DNA of 64,000 nucleotides, taken from contig NC_057719.1 in the NCBI RefSeq assembly GCF_004010195.1, positions 86,932,274-86,996,273 of the forward strand. The letters run 5' to 3'. The first letter of the stretch is position 1. Each line of letters opens with the position of its first letter. The DNA comes from Chiloscyllium plagiosum. Its lineage: Eukaryota. The notes beneath the pieces are model-generated. The model was not told where the DNA came from, did not search any database, and was given only the letters and a program-made list of their open reading frames with translations. A program made the translations under genes and the position numbers. Shown piece after piece: positions 63,122 to 64,000 of this stretch.

Positions 63122-64000
63122 GTAAGAGTCTGGAGGGCATGGGCATTGTTTTTAGCATGAATTTGCTGGAAAGCTGACAGAATTTTGTAACAAGGGTACT
63201 ATGTTTGTTCTGGGAGTAGCGTCACACTCTCTCAAACTTGGTCCTTTGTGCTTGGTATGCCAAAAGCGATTTTCCAAAGGATGGAATTCTAATTTTATAT
63301 GTTTGGTAATTTTTGACAGTCTTGAGAGTAAGTTGGCACTGCACAAATTAAAATGCTGCTTGAGTTTCCAGTAAAAAAACATTGAGTTTATGTTTTGGTG
63401 TTCACATTGACAAATGAGCTTGGTACAGGACACAGTATGTTCTGTTTCTCATTGATTAACTCGATTGTTACGTGTCACTCATGTAAACTAACGGGAAATC
63501 ATTTGTTTTCTATCAGACTCAGGCTGACCTGAGATTATTGATCGGAATGTTTGGTATTGGTGGATGAGATAAAAGTGGGAAGTTTAATTGCCAGGTTAAT
63601 GGTTTTTATCAATAAATAGGGGAATTAAATGTTGCTGGCATGAAGAAGATTATCACAAACAATAGGCAGAAGTCAGTTAAATAAGCAGAGATCTGACATT
63701 AAACCAAGAATTCTCAGATGGCTAAGGTCTAAGTCACCATTGGGAGTAGATGCAGCTAGGGTCAGTTAATTTAAAAAAAAATATCACACAACAGCACTTT
63801 GAGTCCACTCAAAGTGCCTCCTGCTCCCATACTCATCATTCTCCACAGCCAAAGACAGTCAATTAGGGTTCACACTGACTATCGGCAGGCTGAGAGCTAC
63901 TGTCCTCTGAAATCAAATAGCATGTCCCAGCGAAGGAGACACCACTGTTAGATAAGAATAATTGGTAATCCCAGTACTAGGCAGGTAAAAACAAAGGGAA

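Overview
Eukaryotic genomic DNA from a cartilaginous fish (shark). I infer this from HE1-type SINEs, HER1/CR1 LINEs and elasmobranch-type Penelope elements. Two genes sit head-to-head on a CpG island at ~21.75-23.3 kb. EXD1 (piRNA-pathway factor) is on the minus strand, with coding exons at 21805-21928, 17924-17992, 12341-12395 and probably 2959-3023, and it continues left of the window. INO80 (chromatin remodeller) is on the plus strand: exon 1 ends at 22703, intron 1 is ~39.4 kb, and coding exons 2-3 are at 62069-62255 and 62946-63121. Most remaining sequence is nested retroelement debris (CR1/HER1, L1, L2, RTE, Penelope-like, SINEs, two solo LTRs) plus a MITE. The most striking pattern is a set of ~200-bp fold-back mini-elements flanked by target-site duplications (TSDs). 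They are built from Penelope terminal repeats (pLTRs) and fold back at a minimal hammerhead-ribozyme core; five lie in INO80 intron 1, plus one-armed versions. Also notable: a possible 140-codon spliced upstream ORF overlapping the INO80 start, MYB/CHR motifs next to EXD1, and a locally templated insertion. Repeat boundaries are approximate, and family names come from recognition, not database searches.
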